Assembly: GCF_009834535.1 (NCBI RefSeq)
Contig: NC_045697.1
Location: forward strand, 53,446,001 to 53,510,000
DNA from: Camelus ferus
Lineage: Eukaryota
Reading direction: 5' to 3'
DNA: 64,000 nucleotides
The translations under genes and the position numbers were made by a program. Of the stretch, positions 27,353 to 56,286 are shown in pieces; the first letter of the stretch is position 1, and each line of letters opens with the position of its first letter. Below the pieces are notes generated by a model. That model was not told the DNA's origin. It worked only from the letters and a program-made list of their open reading frames with translations, and did not search any database.

Positions 27353-27523
27353 CAAGACTATGTTACATACTTCTCCAGTATGTCTTTACCCGACATGCTC
27401 AACAGCTAAGGAATCCCAGAAACCCCAGAGAAGCTCAGTGTACAGGGCTGTTATTAATGCTAAAACATTATAAAGTACATATGAAGTGGACAACTTTCCT
27501 TTCTTCTTTCAGTGTGCCATTTT

Positions 27524-42018
<14,495 letters not shown>

Positions 42019-42726
42019 AAAGAGTTTTCTTAACATATCTGAGATTAAAGTTTTCTTCTCATCATTCCTCCTCTTTTATTTTAAATTGGTAGAGAATGAG
42101 TCATGTGAAGGAGGATGGTCAGGTTCACATGACTATTGAGATCTCCATATAAAAATGCAAGCAAGATTTTTTTCCCAGCTGTTATCTTTTTAACTTTTTT
42201 TCTTTTTGACAAGTATCACATGAATCTATAACCTATACGAATTATGTAGGAGCACACAAATCATCCAAGTTGTTAGTCTCTTTAAAAATAACCAAGCATT
42301 CTAAAGTCTTTAATTTTACGGTTTATGTTTTTCCATTTATTAGTCCACTTAGTCTATGCATATACACGTATATACATAAATGCATATATATTAATAACTG
42401 CACATGGACTTTGAAAACTTTGGCAGAAAGAAGTTAAAAAATAAAAAGACATAGGGCTTAACTAGACCTATTATTTCCTCCCTATTTTCTTTCACTTTCT
42501 GCAGAATGGCTTAATTTGGAATTTACCTTAGTTTAACGTAAATTTGTGGCATGACAGTACTGTTTTCCAGATGTCTATAAGTAATCCCAATGAGTGTTAT
42601 TTATGCTTGAATGTCTTCAGCCAGTTTAAAATATTTATGCTTTAGCATTTCTTCTGTCCAATATGCAATGTAATGAATGTAACCTCTGTAAACTAAAGTC
42701 TTAAAGAATGTGATATTTACCAGAAA

Positions 42727-42737
42727 AATAAAATAAA
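42727..42737 (+). terminator. Candidate SULT1E1 polyadenylation signal (overlapping AATAAA x2; another AATAAA at 42440-42445)
   Basis: AATAAAATAAA about 0.7 kb after the stop, followed by T/GT-rich sequence. Confidence 0.5.
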
Positions 42738-43859
42738 AACAAAAGAAAAGAAGAAGAATTACTGCTTTTTATTTAAATAATGCTGTTTTGGCTTCTGTCT
42801 CCTATTTTCCTGTACTCTACTGATCATTATTTTCTATAGTATGTTTATTGTAGTAGTTAGTTCTTCCTTTCTCTACATCAGAGGACACATAAGATGATAA
42901 AAAATTCACTATGAGTGTTTAGTAGAATATGACATCCTTAATTCCTAAACTCAAATGTCAAATCTAGGGAGAAATTGACATATGTTTTCTTACTCTTTGG
43001 AGAAAAGTCTAGGGAATTCTTAGCCCCCTGTTCAATGATTATGATTTTTCAGAATCAAAGCTATTTTTTTAGTATAACATCATTATGAATTATACAAAAA
43101 TTGGAGAGTCTTATAAGCTATTAAGATTTTCTTGGGACTGGGGTGGTAATTAGAATCTCAATCTCTAAAGGAAATAATTGCTATTTATTCCTTAAAAGCC
43201 CATTTTGTCATTTTTTTAATTTAACATTATAGTGTATAATATTTTTTAAAATGTTATACTTTGTAAAACTCATAGCTGATGTTGCCCACATATAACTAAA
43301 CAAGAGTAAACCCATGTATCTCTCTGACTTTAATGTTTAGTGAACCAAAGTATTCCAAAGTAGGCTGATTGACATTTAAACCAATCCCATTTCTCCACAA
43401 CTTGTCCAGAAATTTCTGTAACTTCCTTGGAGGAGGAAGGGGGCTGAGATCTAGCTTAAAATTCAGATAGAAACCACAAGCCCTCTGAGATATCTTGGCA
43501 TCTTCCCTGAGCTGGGTTTAAAGTCTGTGTGTGACAGAGTGAGAACCTTGGGGAGCATCATGTGGTGGGGTACACAGGGGTCGCTGCTATAGCTTTGATT
43601 CTGTGCTTCCAGGAAAGCTAAAGATTTCTGGTTACCTTGGTGTTTAAGGTTTCCCAATGCTTCAATCTCTAGAAAAATGCCTTCAGGCCAACTGCTAGAT
43701 ACTAAGAAATATAATGCTTGTTGACTGACTGATTGATGCCATGAAAAGACTAGGAAGTACTCAGTAAACATTTGTTTATGATGGTTGCAATTGCACATAA
43801 TTTGAACCATACAAGAGAGTTCCTTTATATGGCTAAAATACCTGAGAATCCAGTTTGGT

Positions 43860-44640
43860 CAACAACAACAAAATAGATCTGGATTATAACTCAGCATATA
43901 AAATAAACATTCATGAATCCATGCTGATATAAATATTGATATAAATGGTATAAACTGACATGAATGATTGAATAAATAAGCGGGGGAGAATATAAAAGTA
44001 TCACATACAGAAGAATTCCAACTGATTATGTATAACTCCATTCCATCCCTTAAGTGTGGGATTCACAGAGTGACTTCCTTCTAAAGAGTGTAAAAGTGAG
44101 GAATAGGGTGGGGAGGGAAGTGTAACTTTACAGTGGAGAAACCTGGCACGCAGGACCTCAGCCAGCGACTCAAAGTTAACTCAAAGTTAATGTCTTCAGT
44201 GATAAGTTAATGTTGATAGTAAACACCTTTGATGTACAATGGAAATGGCTCTTTATCTCCCTGACCTTTCTCCCAAAAAACTCTGTAACCATTGCATAAC
44301 CATGGAAAAAACATCAAATAAACCTAAACAGAAGGACAGTATGAAAAATACCTGATCAGCACTCCTCAGTTTTGTCAAGGTCATCGAGAATGGAAAAGTC
44401 TAAGAAATTATCATAGTCAGGAGGAGTCTGGAGAGGCATGACTCCTATGTGTGACGTAGTACCCTGGATGGGATCCTGGGACAGGAAAGGAATTAGGTAA
44501 AAACTCATATAATTCTGATAAGGTATAGACTTTAGTTAATAATAATGCATCAACACTGGTTCATTAACATGTAACAAATGTCCCGTGGTGTAAGAGGTTA
44601 ATGGGGAAAATGGATGCTGAGCATACATCAATTCTTTGGA
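43860..44640 (+). mobile_element. L1MC-type 3' region
   Basis: TAACTTTACAGTGGAGAAACCTGGCA...CCTGGATGGGATCCTGGGACAG...ACTTTAGTTAATAATAATG. Confidence 0.65.
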
Positions 44641-44649
44641 ATATTCCTG

Positions 44650-44875
44650 CAACTATTGTTTTTCAGCAAAGGGCCAGATAGTAAATATTTCCAATTTTGC
44701 AGACAATATCATCACTGTTGCAAATATTCAACTCTTTATTTGTAGCTTAAAAGCAGCCATAGACAACACACAAACACATGAATGTGTCACTTTGTTAAAA
44801 TACAATTTTATTTATAAAGCAAGTGGAAATGTAGATTTGGCCCAAGGGGTGTCATTTGCCAGCCCATCGTCTAGA
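44650..44875. mobile_element. MER58-like hAT MITE
   Basis: AAAGGGCCAGATAGTAAATATTT...AAAGCAGCCATAGACAA...GATTTGGCCC. Confidence 0.75.
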
Positions 44876-46461
44876 TAATAATTTTTCCTTCTTCTATTTT
44901 TAGAAATGTAGAAATGTCTTCCATTTTTCAAAAGTCTAGGAATGCACCAAAAGGTATATTTTATCCAGAACTTAGTTGCCTTTTTGTTGATTGTCTAGAC
45001 AGAATATCTAAATAACCATGTTGCTAAGAGCAAGTGTCATAGCTTTTATCGTGTCTCCTCCTGGAGATGAATGTTGGAAGGTAAAATCTTCATCTAGAGT
45101 TAATCTGTACCAGAAATTAAACTATTACATTTTTGAATATAAGTACTGAATTTAGAATGGGTGCTGTAGGGATTTGTTATTTCCTTTAATCACAAATAAA
45201 TGGAAAATAGCTTCTCCACCGTCACCGCGAAATGTGTATCTCTTCCCTTAAAATCTGAATTTTCTCTTACTATGGATGAACAGTCCTTGGGATCCAAGTA
45301 ATGCCAACCTCTCTACTTGTGCACTAGATTCTTCAACTGTCATCTATTCTAGAAATTGATATCTCTACTGTATCCTTACTGCTTTCTCTTCCTGTATGAT
45401 CAGATCTCATCAGAAAATATGTCGTAGTATCTTGCAACTTTAAACAAAATAAACCTTTTCATTGAATCTCCTGAGGTATTCCTACCTTTTCCCTGTTTTT
45501 TACGTTAGAAGTCATTCAAGGATTATATAGTATTCGTATCCAGGTTTTCACTTTACTCTTCCCCTATTGTAACCTTTCTGGATTAGTGTCATTAAATTAT
45601 TTCACTAAATATTTCAAATATGAAAGTACATATCTATTCACACATGCATATATGTATTAGGCACCTGTGGTATGAAGAATAAGAACAAAGGAACATCGCT
45701 GTACCACCACCAGCCTAAGAAATGGATCATCCACACCAGTGAAGTCCCTGAGTGTTTCTTCCCAATCCCATGTCTTTACATCTCCTTCCCATAGGTAACC
45801 TAACCACTATCCTGAATTTTGTATTTATCATTCTTTTATAGGATTCATATAAAGGATTTTCTTTATAGATTAATATACATGCACATTACAGTCTATTGCT
45901 TAGATTGGCATATTTTGATCATGTGTAAAGACAGTCATACTCAATGTGTTATTTCATGACTTGCTTTTATCTTGACTCAAAGTTGTGTCACTAAAATTCA
46001 CTTATGTTGATATTTGAGTCTACAGAACATTTATTTGCACTACATGTATAGAACTCTCTTGGTTTATCCATTTTAATGTTAATAGATGTTAGTGCAGCAG
46101 AAAATTTTCTTCATAAGCAATATTACTAGTATTCACATACACGTGTTCTGAAGAAAATGCCCAAGAGTTTTTCTACAAACAAATCAAATTACTGAGTTGT
46201 CAGGTCTGTGCATTTTCAGTTTTCTTGGTGTTGCTTTATTTTTTCACATCGATGTTAACACCTATTATAGTCATTTTCTCTATATTTCTGTTACTTCTGG
46301 ATTTTGGAACAGTATTTTATAATTTTTTTTCATTAGTTCACCAAAGTAAAATAAGCCCATAGGAAGCAGAAGAAAAGAAATGATTAAAAATTTAAATCAT
46401 AAATAAATGAAACTGAATACAAGAAAACAATAAAGAAAATTAATAAAACCAAAGGCTACTT

Positions 46462-46561
46462 NNNNNNNNNNNNNNNNNNNNNNNNNNNNNNNNNNNNNNN
46501 NNNNNNNNNNNNNNNNNNNNNNNNNNNNNNNNNNNNNNNNNNNNNNNNNNNNNNNNNNNNN
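46462..46561. other. Assembly gap (100 N, placeholder size)
   Basis: Run of exactly 100 N, preceded by an L1 ORF2-like A-rich fragment (~46340-46461). Confidence 0.99.
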
Positions 46562-47841
46562 AATAATTTACCTTGCTGTTACCTATTAAAGTCTCTTGTG
46601 CTGCTGTTGTTCTTTTCATTGTATCCACCACCATTACTAATTATTTTATGTATGAGTTTCTTTGCTTATTCTTTTTTTGGTCTCCTGTACTATTTATTAT
46701 GGAAGCTCCTTGAATATAGAAATTAAGGTTATCTTGTTCACAGTTGTTTCACCATGTCACAAGTGCAGTGGGGAAACAATATAATTTTATTACTTAAGCT
46801 GTAAAACATCTAGCTTTTATTTTTTTTTCTTCTTCTGTCTGATTATTAGCATGGAGAATAATACTCTCCAATTTGAATAAACACTTATCCTTATCTGACT
46901 ATTTAAACAGCCCCATTTAAGGAATGTTTCACATCTCTTAAATTGAATGCCTCTCAACAAGCTTGTCCACATCTAAATTCCTTTAGATGACTTTAACTAC
47001 CATTCATCTCTTATTTGGGAAATCTGTTCCGTAGCCCCTAGAGAAACCACCTTACCCAACTAAGGTGACCCCTATGGCAGATTCCTTAGTCAAATTCTCA
47101 GCTTCTTCTGCATCCTGTTTAAACCACTTAGCACTGGTCATTCTGGACTATGGGGTGATATGCTTCCCTACTCATGGGTCTTGAAGCAACGAATAGTGGT
47201 TGGAGTGTGTCTGGAAGAGGATACCTCTTCCACATTATCTTGAAAGGAAACTTTTCACATTAAGTCATTAAAAAGGCTTCAAGGAGAGAAAGCTTAGTCT
47301 TCTTAAATACAGGAGAAGTTACATCTACAGTCAGAAAAAGCTCAAAATTGTTCAAGGGTTCCAGGGTCTCTGTGTCATCAGATCCACCACAGATTTTATC
47401 ATTCTAAGACTGAGCAGTCCACCCTTTCCTCTTCACCTTTCCATTTAACTTTCACATAATAGATTTGGCATAACTGGGAGTTCAACTTTCATAGTGATTC
47501 TTTCACTTGAATAATTAAGGTGTATGTCTTATTTACACAAAGATATGCTCTGTAGTTACAATAAATAGCTTCTATTAGAGCCACTGTATCTAACAAGCTG
47601 TCCTATGCACAGTCCTGATGCACAGAGAAGGGAAATCATAAGAAGTACATTACATAGATCCCTCTTCTTTATCATTGCCTCTTCCTCCTCCCCAGCACTT
47701 CTTAGGTTGGAAAATACACATGATTGTATTCTACTGACCTCCTCCTATACTCAGACTATCAAAAAGTCTATTTAAGTATGAGAGGTAGAAAGAGTATTTT
47801 TTCCCACTGTAAGAGAATTCTCTGAGATAGGTAACCTATTC

Positions 47842-48490
47842 TTTATTTTTATCTAGATATAATTGACATATAATGTAATATTGGTTTCTAGTGTGCAACA
47901 TAATGATTCAATATCTGTCTATATTGTGAAATCATCTCCACAATAAGTCTAGTTGAAATCTATCACCACAGATAGTTAACACATTTTTATCCTCGTGATG
48001 ATAACTTTTAAGATCTACTCTCAGCAACTTTCAAATGTACAATGTAGTATTATTAACTATAGCTAACAATTATTCCGAATCTTAGAGGAAAAGCCCTCAG
48101 CTTTTCACCATTGAGTATGTTAGCTCTAGACTTTTCATATATGGCTTTTATTGTGTTGAGGTATGTTCCGTCTCATTTTGTTAATATGCTGTATCACATT
48201 GATGATTTGCAGATGTTAAACCATCTTTGCATTCCTGGAATAAATCCCACTTGATCACCATATATAATCCTTTTAACATGCTGAATATCTTTTGCCAGTA
48301 TTTTGCTCAGCATTTTTGCTTTGGTGTTCACTGAAGTTATCGATCTGAATTTTTTTTCTTCTACTGTCCTTGTCTGGCTTTGGTATCAGGGTAATGCAAG
48401 CCTCATAAAATGAGTGTGTAAGTGTTCCCTTCTACTTTTTGCAAGAGTTTGAGAAGGATTCATATTAATTCTTCTCTAAATGTTAAGTAG
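47842..48490 (-). mobile_element. L1 fragments (3' UTR plus ORF2 piece, antisense)
   Basis: GATATAATTGACATATAAT...; CTTAGAGGAAAAGCCCTCAGCTTTTCACCATTGAGTATG; GGAATAAATCCCACTTGATCA. Confidence 0.75.
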
Positions 48491-48866
48491 GTAATCTATT
48501 CTTGATATTAAATATGCTAAAAAATGAGATCAAGGGATTTTGAATATTCCACCTTATGATAATAGTAGATTGCTTTATCACCATCTGTTTTCTACAGATT
48601 CTACTTTAGAATGTGAAAGGTTGAGTACTAATCTTTTTTTTTTTTTGCTTTTTTTTAAAAGAAATGTCAATCTTCCTTCTAGCAGATGGTTGCTTGGTAT
48701 AACCAAGAATAGGATATGCACTCTGGAAAGGAAAATAAAAAGTGCACATAAAAATATAAAATCATTTCTTCCACCATGTGGATATATATAGAACCTTATT
48801 AGATGCATTGCCTACTTTGTGACTAAAAGGACATGAAATAATACTTCTTATTTATAATTTCTTTAG

Positions 48867-49091
<225 letters not shown>

Positions 49092-49644
49092 TAATGGACA
49101 GTATATTTGGGCAGATAAGAGCAATATTGTAGTCAAGGAAAAGATTAAGTATGCTAGGGAGAGAAAAATATGAAAAAAATCCTTAGAGGAAATAATTTGT
49201 GGCAAAGATATTTTACCATTGCTAAAACTCTAACATGTAAGATAAACTTTCTAATGAAAAATATTTACTCAAGAGTCTATGTGCCGATAAGCATGAGTCT
49301 GGGCACCTAATGCTGTATTAGAAAAATACCTTTCATTTGTATGAATTATCTAGGTATTCTTCATATTCCTCAAGGTTTTTGCTATGGTCAGTAGTAAGCT
49401 TAAATGATGTTGAGAATACTAAAATAATGAGGGGAAAATCTCAACTCCTTGAGATTGTTACTCTGAGTATGGTAAATCATTGCATCCTAAGCACTGAACT
49501 CAGTGTATAGCTAGCATCTTACACAAAACTGTCCTTTAATGAATGCATTGCATGTTGAGTGGAAGTGTGTGTGTGTGTGTGTTTGGGGCCAGGGTGGCAA
49601 GACAAAGAGAGAGGCAGAGATTGGTTGATTGAGTCTATTAGTTG

Positions 49645-50105
49645 TGTATGTATTAGTCATCTTGCTAAAACAAACAACCCCTAGAATCTCAGTAGCTTAA
49701 AATCACAAGATTTATTTTTCTTTTAATTCTGGTGTATGTTGGCCACCTGGAGTTTTGCTCAATTCTTTTTTCACTCTGATTAGTCTTGTTTGGCTCTCAT
49801 GGTCTCAGCCTCTTGTGTCTCCTCTTTCTGAAACCCGGGCTGAAAGAGCTGCCCACTTGTGAGATATGCCCAACATCATGGAAAAGAGGAAAAGCAAGAA
49901 AGGTGTTGGAAACTTGCCATGCCCTTTGAAGTTTCTGTTCAGATGTGTTATATATCACACATATTTGCATTCTGTTCACCAAAACATATCAAAAATCAAA
50001 GCCCAAAGTTAATGAGGCAAGGAGGAATCACACAACACATGACAAAGGGCAGAGATATAAAATCTTACAGTGAAGAAGAGGGTAAATAATTATGAGTGTA
50101 ATCTA
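49645..50105 (-). mobile_element. Old MaLR LTR (MLT1-type) in the SULT1D1-like last intron
   Basis: AACAAACAACCCCTAGAATCTCAGTAGCTTAAAATCACAAGATTTATTT. Confidence 0.55.
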
Positions 50106-50254
50106 AGATGGTTTGGAGAAAGATGTTTTGAGAAGAGCCCATAAAGGGACTATTAAGGATAATTTTAGTTATAATGTGTCTTAGTACAGTATAGAGATTT
50201 TTTTTTTCTAAGAAAGTTAGGAAGTGTGCCATGGATAAGTCTTGCTGGAAATAT

Positions 50255-50502
50255 CTGGATCTCAACCAGGTATGATTGTGCCTCCCAGGGGATGTTTGAC
50301 AACATCTGGAGGCATTTTTGATGGTCGTGACTAGAGGGTTGCTATTGATACCTAATGTACAGAGGCCAAGAATGCTGCTAAATGTCCTATGATGCACAGG
50401 GCAACCTCCACATCCTTCCCAGAAAATAGCTGTCTAGGTTGAAATGTCAGCAGTGGAGATATAAATATAAAAAATAAAATGCCAAAGGTGAGAAATCCTG
50501 GG
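50255..50502. mobile_element. MER20-like hAT MITE
   Basis: TCTCAACCAGG...CCCAGGGGATGTTTGACAACATCTGGAGGCATTTTTG...AGAGGCCAAGAATGCTGCTAAA. Confidence 0.75.
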
Positions 50503-50953
50503 TCAGATTGACAGTTATTTTGGCATGTTTTCTTCCCTTTTTTTCCTATAAAATTGTGCTTTCAAATGTGTCTTCTAGGTTGCCTTGTGAGAGATATTTA
50601 ATATATGTAGAATTTAATTTAATATATCTAAGAAATATATTTAATGACATTTAACCCAGTAATTTCCAAATCTTACTTGATCATAGAACTTTTAAAATAA
50701 ATTATTATTTGACATTGGAAAATATAATTTTAAAATACCTAAAAAATTCTCTGTATCCTTTGTTAACAAATCTCTTGAAGCCAAAAGGTAAACATTTTGA
50801 GACACGTCTCCCAGTGATATTTCTTGAAGCTATTTAAGAAATTATTTTTTTTACATAAGATATTGGAAAAAATCCATGGGGATTTTTGGAAAACTAAGAG
50901 GGCCCAGGAGTCTGGGAGTGGGAGTAGGAGATGACGAATAGGGTTGTGGATAG

Positions 50954-51178
<225 letters not shown>

Positions 51179-51958
51179 GAAATATCCGCTTTTTCCCCAC
51201 CTCCTTTAGCTGGCATTTAAATTGAAAGATAAAATAATCCCTTCAAATGTCTAGTGAAAGAAAATTCTATATGTAGTGTTTCCTTTTTAACAAATATTAG
51301 TTTGTAATAGAATATTCAAAAAATATCAAAGTTTATGTATGAAAAATCAATACTGTCTCCATGATTTTGACTACCTTCTACAATGTTTTTATTATTCTTA
51401 AAGACTAAATAATAAAGTGAAATTTAAAATCTTTTTAATTCAAAGCTGCATCATTGGACTAGTAAGGAAGATATTTAAGGCAGTCTTCAAGATGGATGAA
51501 TTAGAACCATAATATCATCTTAAAAAGGACTTAAAGTCCCTTTGTTGTATGCTTAGAATGATGCTAGTATAATATAAGATCAAAGACATTTTTGTACAAG
51601 GAGTTCATTGAAATGTATTTCCCTAGAATATTCTACTATAGATTAAATTTTGGACAGTTTACTAATCATAGTCTTCTGCTATTATAGTTTATAGTTAATA
51701 ATCTGAAACAGCACCAAGAAAGTAGCCAATGAATATGTTATCAAAGTATTGTTTGCATAATAATTCATTAGTTACTATCAGAGAGAAAAATCAACAGTGA
51801 TTTATCATAATGTCAAACTTAACAAAATTTATTAAATACCTCCTATGTATAAATAATGTGTTTTAGACGTAATAAACAATGAAACATGGATCCCAGATTC
51901 AAAGAACTTTAAGCCAGGTTAGATATAAAAAGAAAATACAGAGAACTAAGTGTAAGAA

Positions 51959-52238
51959 GGATTAGCAAACACTTGACCCTATCCAAAGCTCCCATAAAAC
52001 CTTTAGTCCATGCCAAAAGGTCCTTGAAATTTAGTCCTATTCAAAATGTCCATGAGCATATTAGGTCTATGGCAAATGATTTTGGACAGGATAAAATATA
52101 GGGAATTTTTGACATGGGCCAAAAGTTCACATGGGCATTATGGACAGGACAAAATATGACCAAATTTCAAGAACCTTTCAGCATGGACCAAATGTCTTAA
52201 TAGATGTTCTAGACAAGATCAAATGTTTTGCAAGGGTA
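51959..52238. repeat. Palindromic interspersed element, copy 2 (same family as 914-1095)
   Basis: Left arm TTTAGTCCATGCCAAAAGGTCCTTGAAATTTAGTC pairs with right arm GACCAAATTTCAAGAACCTTTCAGCATGGACCAAA. Confidence 0.7.
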
Positions 52239-53244
52239 TAAAGAACATAGGAAAGAGCTACAATACTAATAGCTGATATTTATTGAGAACTTACTATGTA
52301 CTAAGCACTGTGCTATACAATCCGCATAACTTTACTTCAATCAATATTCATTCAGTTCTTTAAAACAGGTATTCTAATTTTTGCAATTTTGTTAGTCGGT
52401 AAGCTGCAGAGAGAGTAATTATGCAGCCAACCACTTACGTCAAATATTCAGTAAAAGCACTTAGAATGAGAAAAATGTAATTGAAATGACTTTATGATCT
52501 TTTGAAATTTTGGTTTAACACTCTGATTTGGAAATATGGCTCTAAATTAGGATTATTTCACTACTTTGCCTCAGTGATTATAAAGATTAAAAAATATATG
52601 TTACTAAAATCAAGGTCTAAATGGAAAAAAAAATGTAAACTTTCCTGTGCTTATCAAATCATGTACTCAGTTTTCAACTTTGTCCAGCATTTAGGAAAAG
52701 AGTTCTGCTGGAATTTTGTAAATAAATTTGTATCTTCATGCACTTATGTATACTATGTATGTGAATAAAATATGTATCTATACACATGTGTATATTTATT
52801 TAAAAGTAAGTAAATATTTTCTTCTTGAATCACATTTTATTGACTTCAGTGCTCTGGAGTGCATGCATGTCACTTTGGAGACCAATTGCATAAATCATGG
52901 GTAATAATCCTCTTTTTATTCTCTGTCTTCAGAGAAAATTTGTCAACTAGTTTCTTCTCACTTCTTTACCATAAATATAACATTATGTAGTTTTAGAGGC
53001 TCCATATTAAATTATCTTTCTCTGACTTAAGATTTTCCCGTAACTCTTTAGTCTCTCATGCTCTTAGAACCCAGGCTTCTGAAGAATGTAATTTTATTAC
53101 AGCCTTTAAGTCACCATGTAAACAAAGATTACAATTAACTCATTGAATTAATCTGAAGTTATCTTAAGACATCATGTTTTGACATAGGCAATTTAATCTA
53201 GTTCACAATGATAACATTTTAAAATATTCTTTCTATCATTTGCC

Positions 53245-53367
53245 ACTTTTTTACTTTTTATGTATTTTTATTTTTTTAATTTTTTAAATGAGGTACTGGG
53301 ACTGAACTCAGGACCTCATACACGCTAAACATGCACTTACCACTAAGCTATACACCACCCCCCACCC
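53245..53367 (-). mobile_element. tRNA-derived SINE (degenerate)
   Basis: GAGGTACTGGGACTGAACTCAGGACCTCA...CCACTAAGCTATAC. Confidence 0.75.
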
Positions 53368-55843
53368 AAGCTCATGATGTTAAAATACCTCATTTCCCCT
53401 TTATGGCTAGTCTAGATATATTAAGTTTCAAAAGATTGGGCTAATCCTACTGATTCTGTAGCACCTAAAGCAAGGAAGGTTAGGAAGGTCCCGTTATTTT
53501 TATTCTTCATGTAGCATATTGAAACCACTGTAAAATTCTACTCCTGCTGCTGGTGATAATTGCTCACAATATTCTCAGTAATGACCACCTTTTTGTCCAT
53601 AATATTGTCCATAATATTAGATCCAGATCTCCATGTATAATTACTGACCTTTCAGTCAGACCTCTTTTATCCTTTACCCTCCATCGGGTCCACATCAGAA
53701 TACACTTGGTAGAGCATTGCTCCCTCTGCCATTAACCATTCTCTGTTGTGGTACAGACTCTTACCCAAGATTCACTAATGAGCAATAAAAAGAAATATGC
53801 TATTGATACATAAAACTAAGAAGAATCTCCAGGGATTTATGCAGAATAAAGAAAAACTAACCTCCAAAGTTCAAATCTTGTATGATTCCATATATATAAA
53901 ATTTTTTTTTAAAAAAACTGAAATACAAAAATAATTAGTGGTTGTCAGGATTTAAGGAAGGGACTGGAGTAAAGCAGGTAAAGCTATAAAGGCACAACCA
54001 GAGAGAACTTGCAGTGACAGAAATACTCTGCATCTTAACTGCATCAATATCCTGTGTTGGTATAATACTACAGTTTTGCAAGATGTTACCACTGGGGAAA
54101 ATTATGTAAAGGGTTTAGGATCTTTGTATTATTTGTTATAACTTCACGTGAATCTACAATCATCTTAAAATTTTTAAATAATAATTTTAAGAAACAGGTT
54201 TAGAAAGTGTTGTGAACTACAGCCTGAAGTAAAACCTAGTCCAAGAAAATCCATTACAGTGCAATTTAAGAGGGTTCTTTGTGAATGAAGCTCCAAAGTG
54301 GAAGGCACCTGCTAGTTACCGGGCACGTGGCTACCTGCTCATAGGGCTCACTTAGCTCTGAGTCCTGAGGATACAGAGATGAATAGCTTTGTGGTACCTG
54401 CTTTAGTGCTTTTTTGTATCAGCCTTCTGGTTTCCATTGTTGTTTATGAAATCTATTGGCAGCCCAACTGTTACTCCTTTACAAGGCATTTCTTCTTGCT
54501 TTTAAAATATTTTCTTCATTTTCGTTCTTTGCAGCTTCACAGCTATGTGCCTCCCGGCGGATTTTTTTTCTTTTAATATGTGTCCTGTTTGCAATATATT
54601 GTACATCTTGATCCTGAAGAGTCACATACTTTATCCTTCACGGAAAATTTTCATTCACCATGTAAGTAATTTATCAGCTCCATTTTTTCTGTTCTCTCCT
54701 TTCAGAACTTCAATTGCACATACATTAGAACTTCTCATTTCATCTAATTTTCTACAGCTCGACTCTTTTCTTTCATATTCTCTTGCTATAGTCCTTTTCA
54801 GGACTGTTCAGTTTTACTATTTTGCTGTTTGCCCATCTATTGAATTTTTCACCTCAATGATTTTAATTTTTTAAATTTCATTTTAGTGTTAGTCATCTTG
54901 ATAGTTTAATTTTTATTAATATTTTATTTCTTAAAACATTTATACATAATTAACTTAAATTCAATATCTGATAAATCCAACACCTGACGTATTGGAAGAT
55001 TTGAATCCATTATTTCTGTTTCTACAATCTCTATTTTATTATGGATTATTTCATTCTGTGTTATGTAATTTTATTGTGAGATAATAATTATGTGAACTTT
55101 ACATGTTAGAATCCCGAAAGACCCATATTTAAGATAATTTTCCTTAGAGGATATTTCTACTTTCATCTGTGGCCACTATCAACCTGGAAAAATTTTATTG
55201 CAGCTTTAATATCTGGGCTCCAATTTGCAACCCTATGTCGATAGTACATACTTAACCACAGAGTCACCTGCTAATGGTTACAAATTCTAATATGGTATTA
55301 TTATTAATATTATCAACTCAGAGTCTTGTCATGGAGAGGCAGCTTTCATTCTGGGGTTTCCCTGATCTCATTAGCTCTGCAATATTTGTTGTAATAAATT
55401 TCATTTTATCATGGAAAGATTTTTTTGAACATTTGTTTGCTACACTTAAAAGTCCTGTTTTGTGTTTTTATTTTTTTCTTCTGATTTCTAGGAACTACTA
55501 GTGACTGGAAATTATTACACAATGGCACAAAATAAAATATTTTATTATGCATATTTTATAAAAAATTGAAAAACAAGGACCCCACAAAAACTTAAAAGTG
55601 ACATTTGTTACAGAACTGGTTTCAGCATTGTGGAGATTATTGATAAATTGTGGTGGTTTTTATTGCAAGCAATACTCTCCAAAAAGTGCCCATGAAACCA
55701 GACTCCATTAATACTCAGCTGGAGCAAAGTTGGGAAAAGAAACAGTTTTATATTAAGCAAGCTCTAATAATTATAAAGTCATATGTTCTGCTTCACTCTC
55801 AGACCACAAACACTCTTTATTAAACATTAACATTGTGTCCATG

Positions 55844-56286
55844 TGTTATGGAAATGGCAGGCCAGCCAAGAAACAAGCACCACTCGGAGGGTTGAAGCAC
55901 TCAGATGTATTACGCCGGCGGGCTCAGAGGGGCTTCTGCTCCGAAGCTCTGAGCACCTCCAAGACGTGTGCATGAGGTTTTATAGGGTTAATTACAAGCT
56001 TGGGGTATTCGGCCAGTAGGCATGGAACAGCTTTAGTGGCATCATTATCACAAAAGCAGAGGCAGGGAGGCAGCAAACCAACATTTCAAGGCCAGATATG
56101 TCTCTCTGAAAATCCAGCTGGCTAGCAAAACAAAACAAAACAAAACAAAAAAACATGAGCAGGGAATCAGCAAACCAACACTTATTAACTTATATTTACG
56201 AGTTAGCCCAGCAGAACTCAGATCAGTAATCTGACGTTTGTTACGCTTAGATTTATGAGTACCCCCAGCCCGGCTTTTCCTTCAGA
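55844..56286 (-). mobile_element. CpG-retaining (young) ERV solo LTR
   Basis: TGTTATGGAAATGG start; TTTTTATAG (TATA on minus) at ~55977-55985; CpG-rich; near-TSD CATG/CATA. Confidence 0.7.

Noticed and set aside
46440..46634. ORF spanning the N run
   Set aside because: Artefact of the assembly gap.
48682..48840. Possible degenerate SULT1D1 exon 6 (TGGTTGCTTGGTATAACC...GACATGAAA)
   Set aside because: Only short chance-level similarity; no WW or YED motif, wrong length and no donor site.
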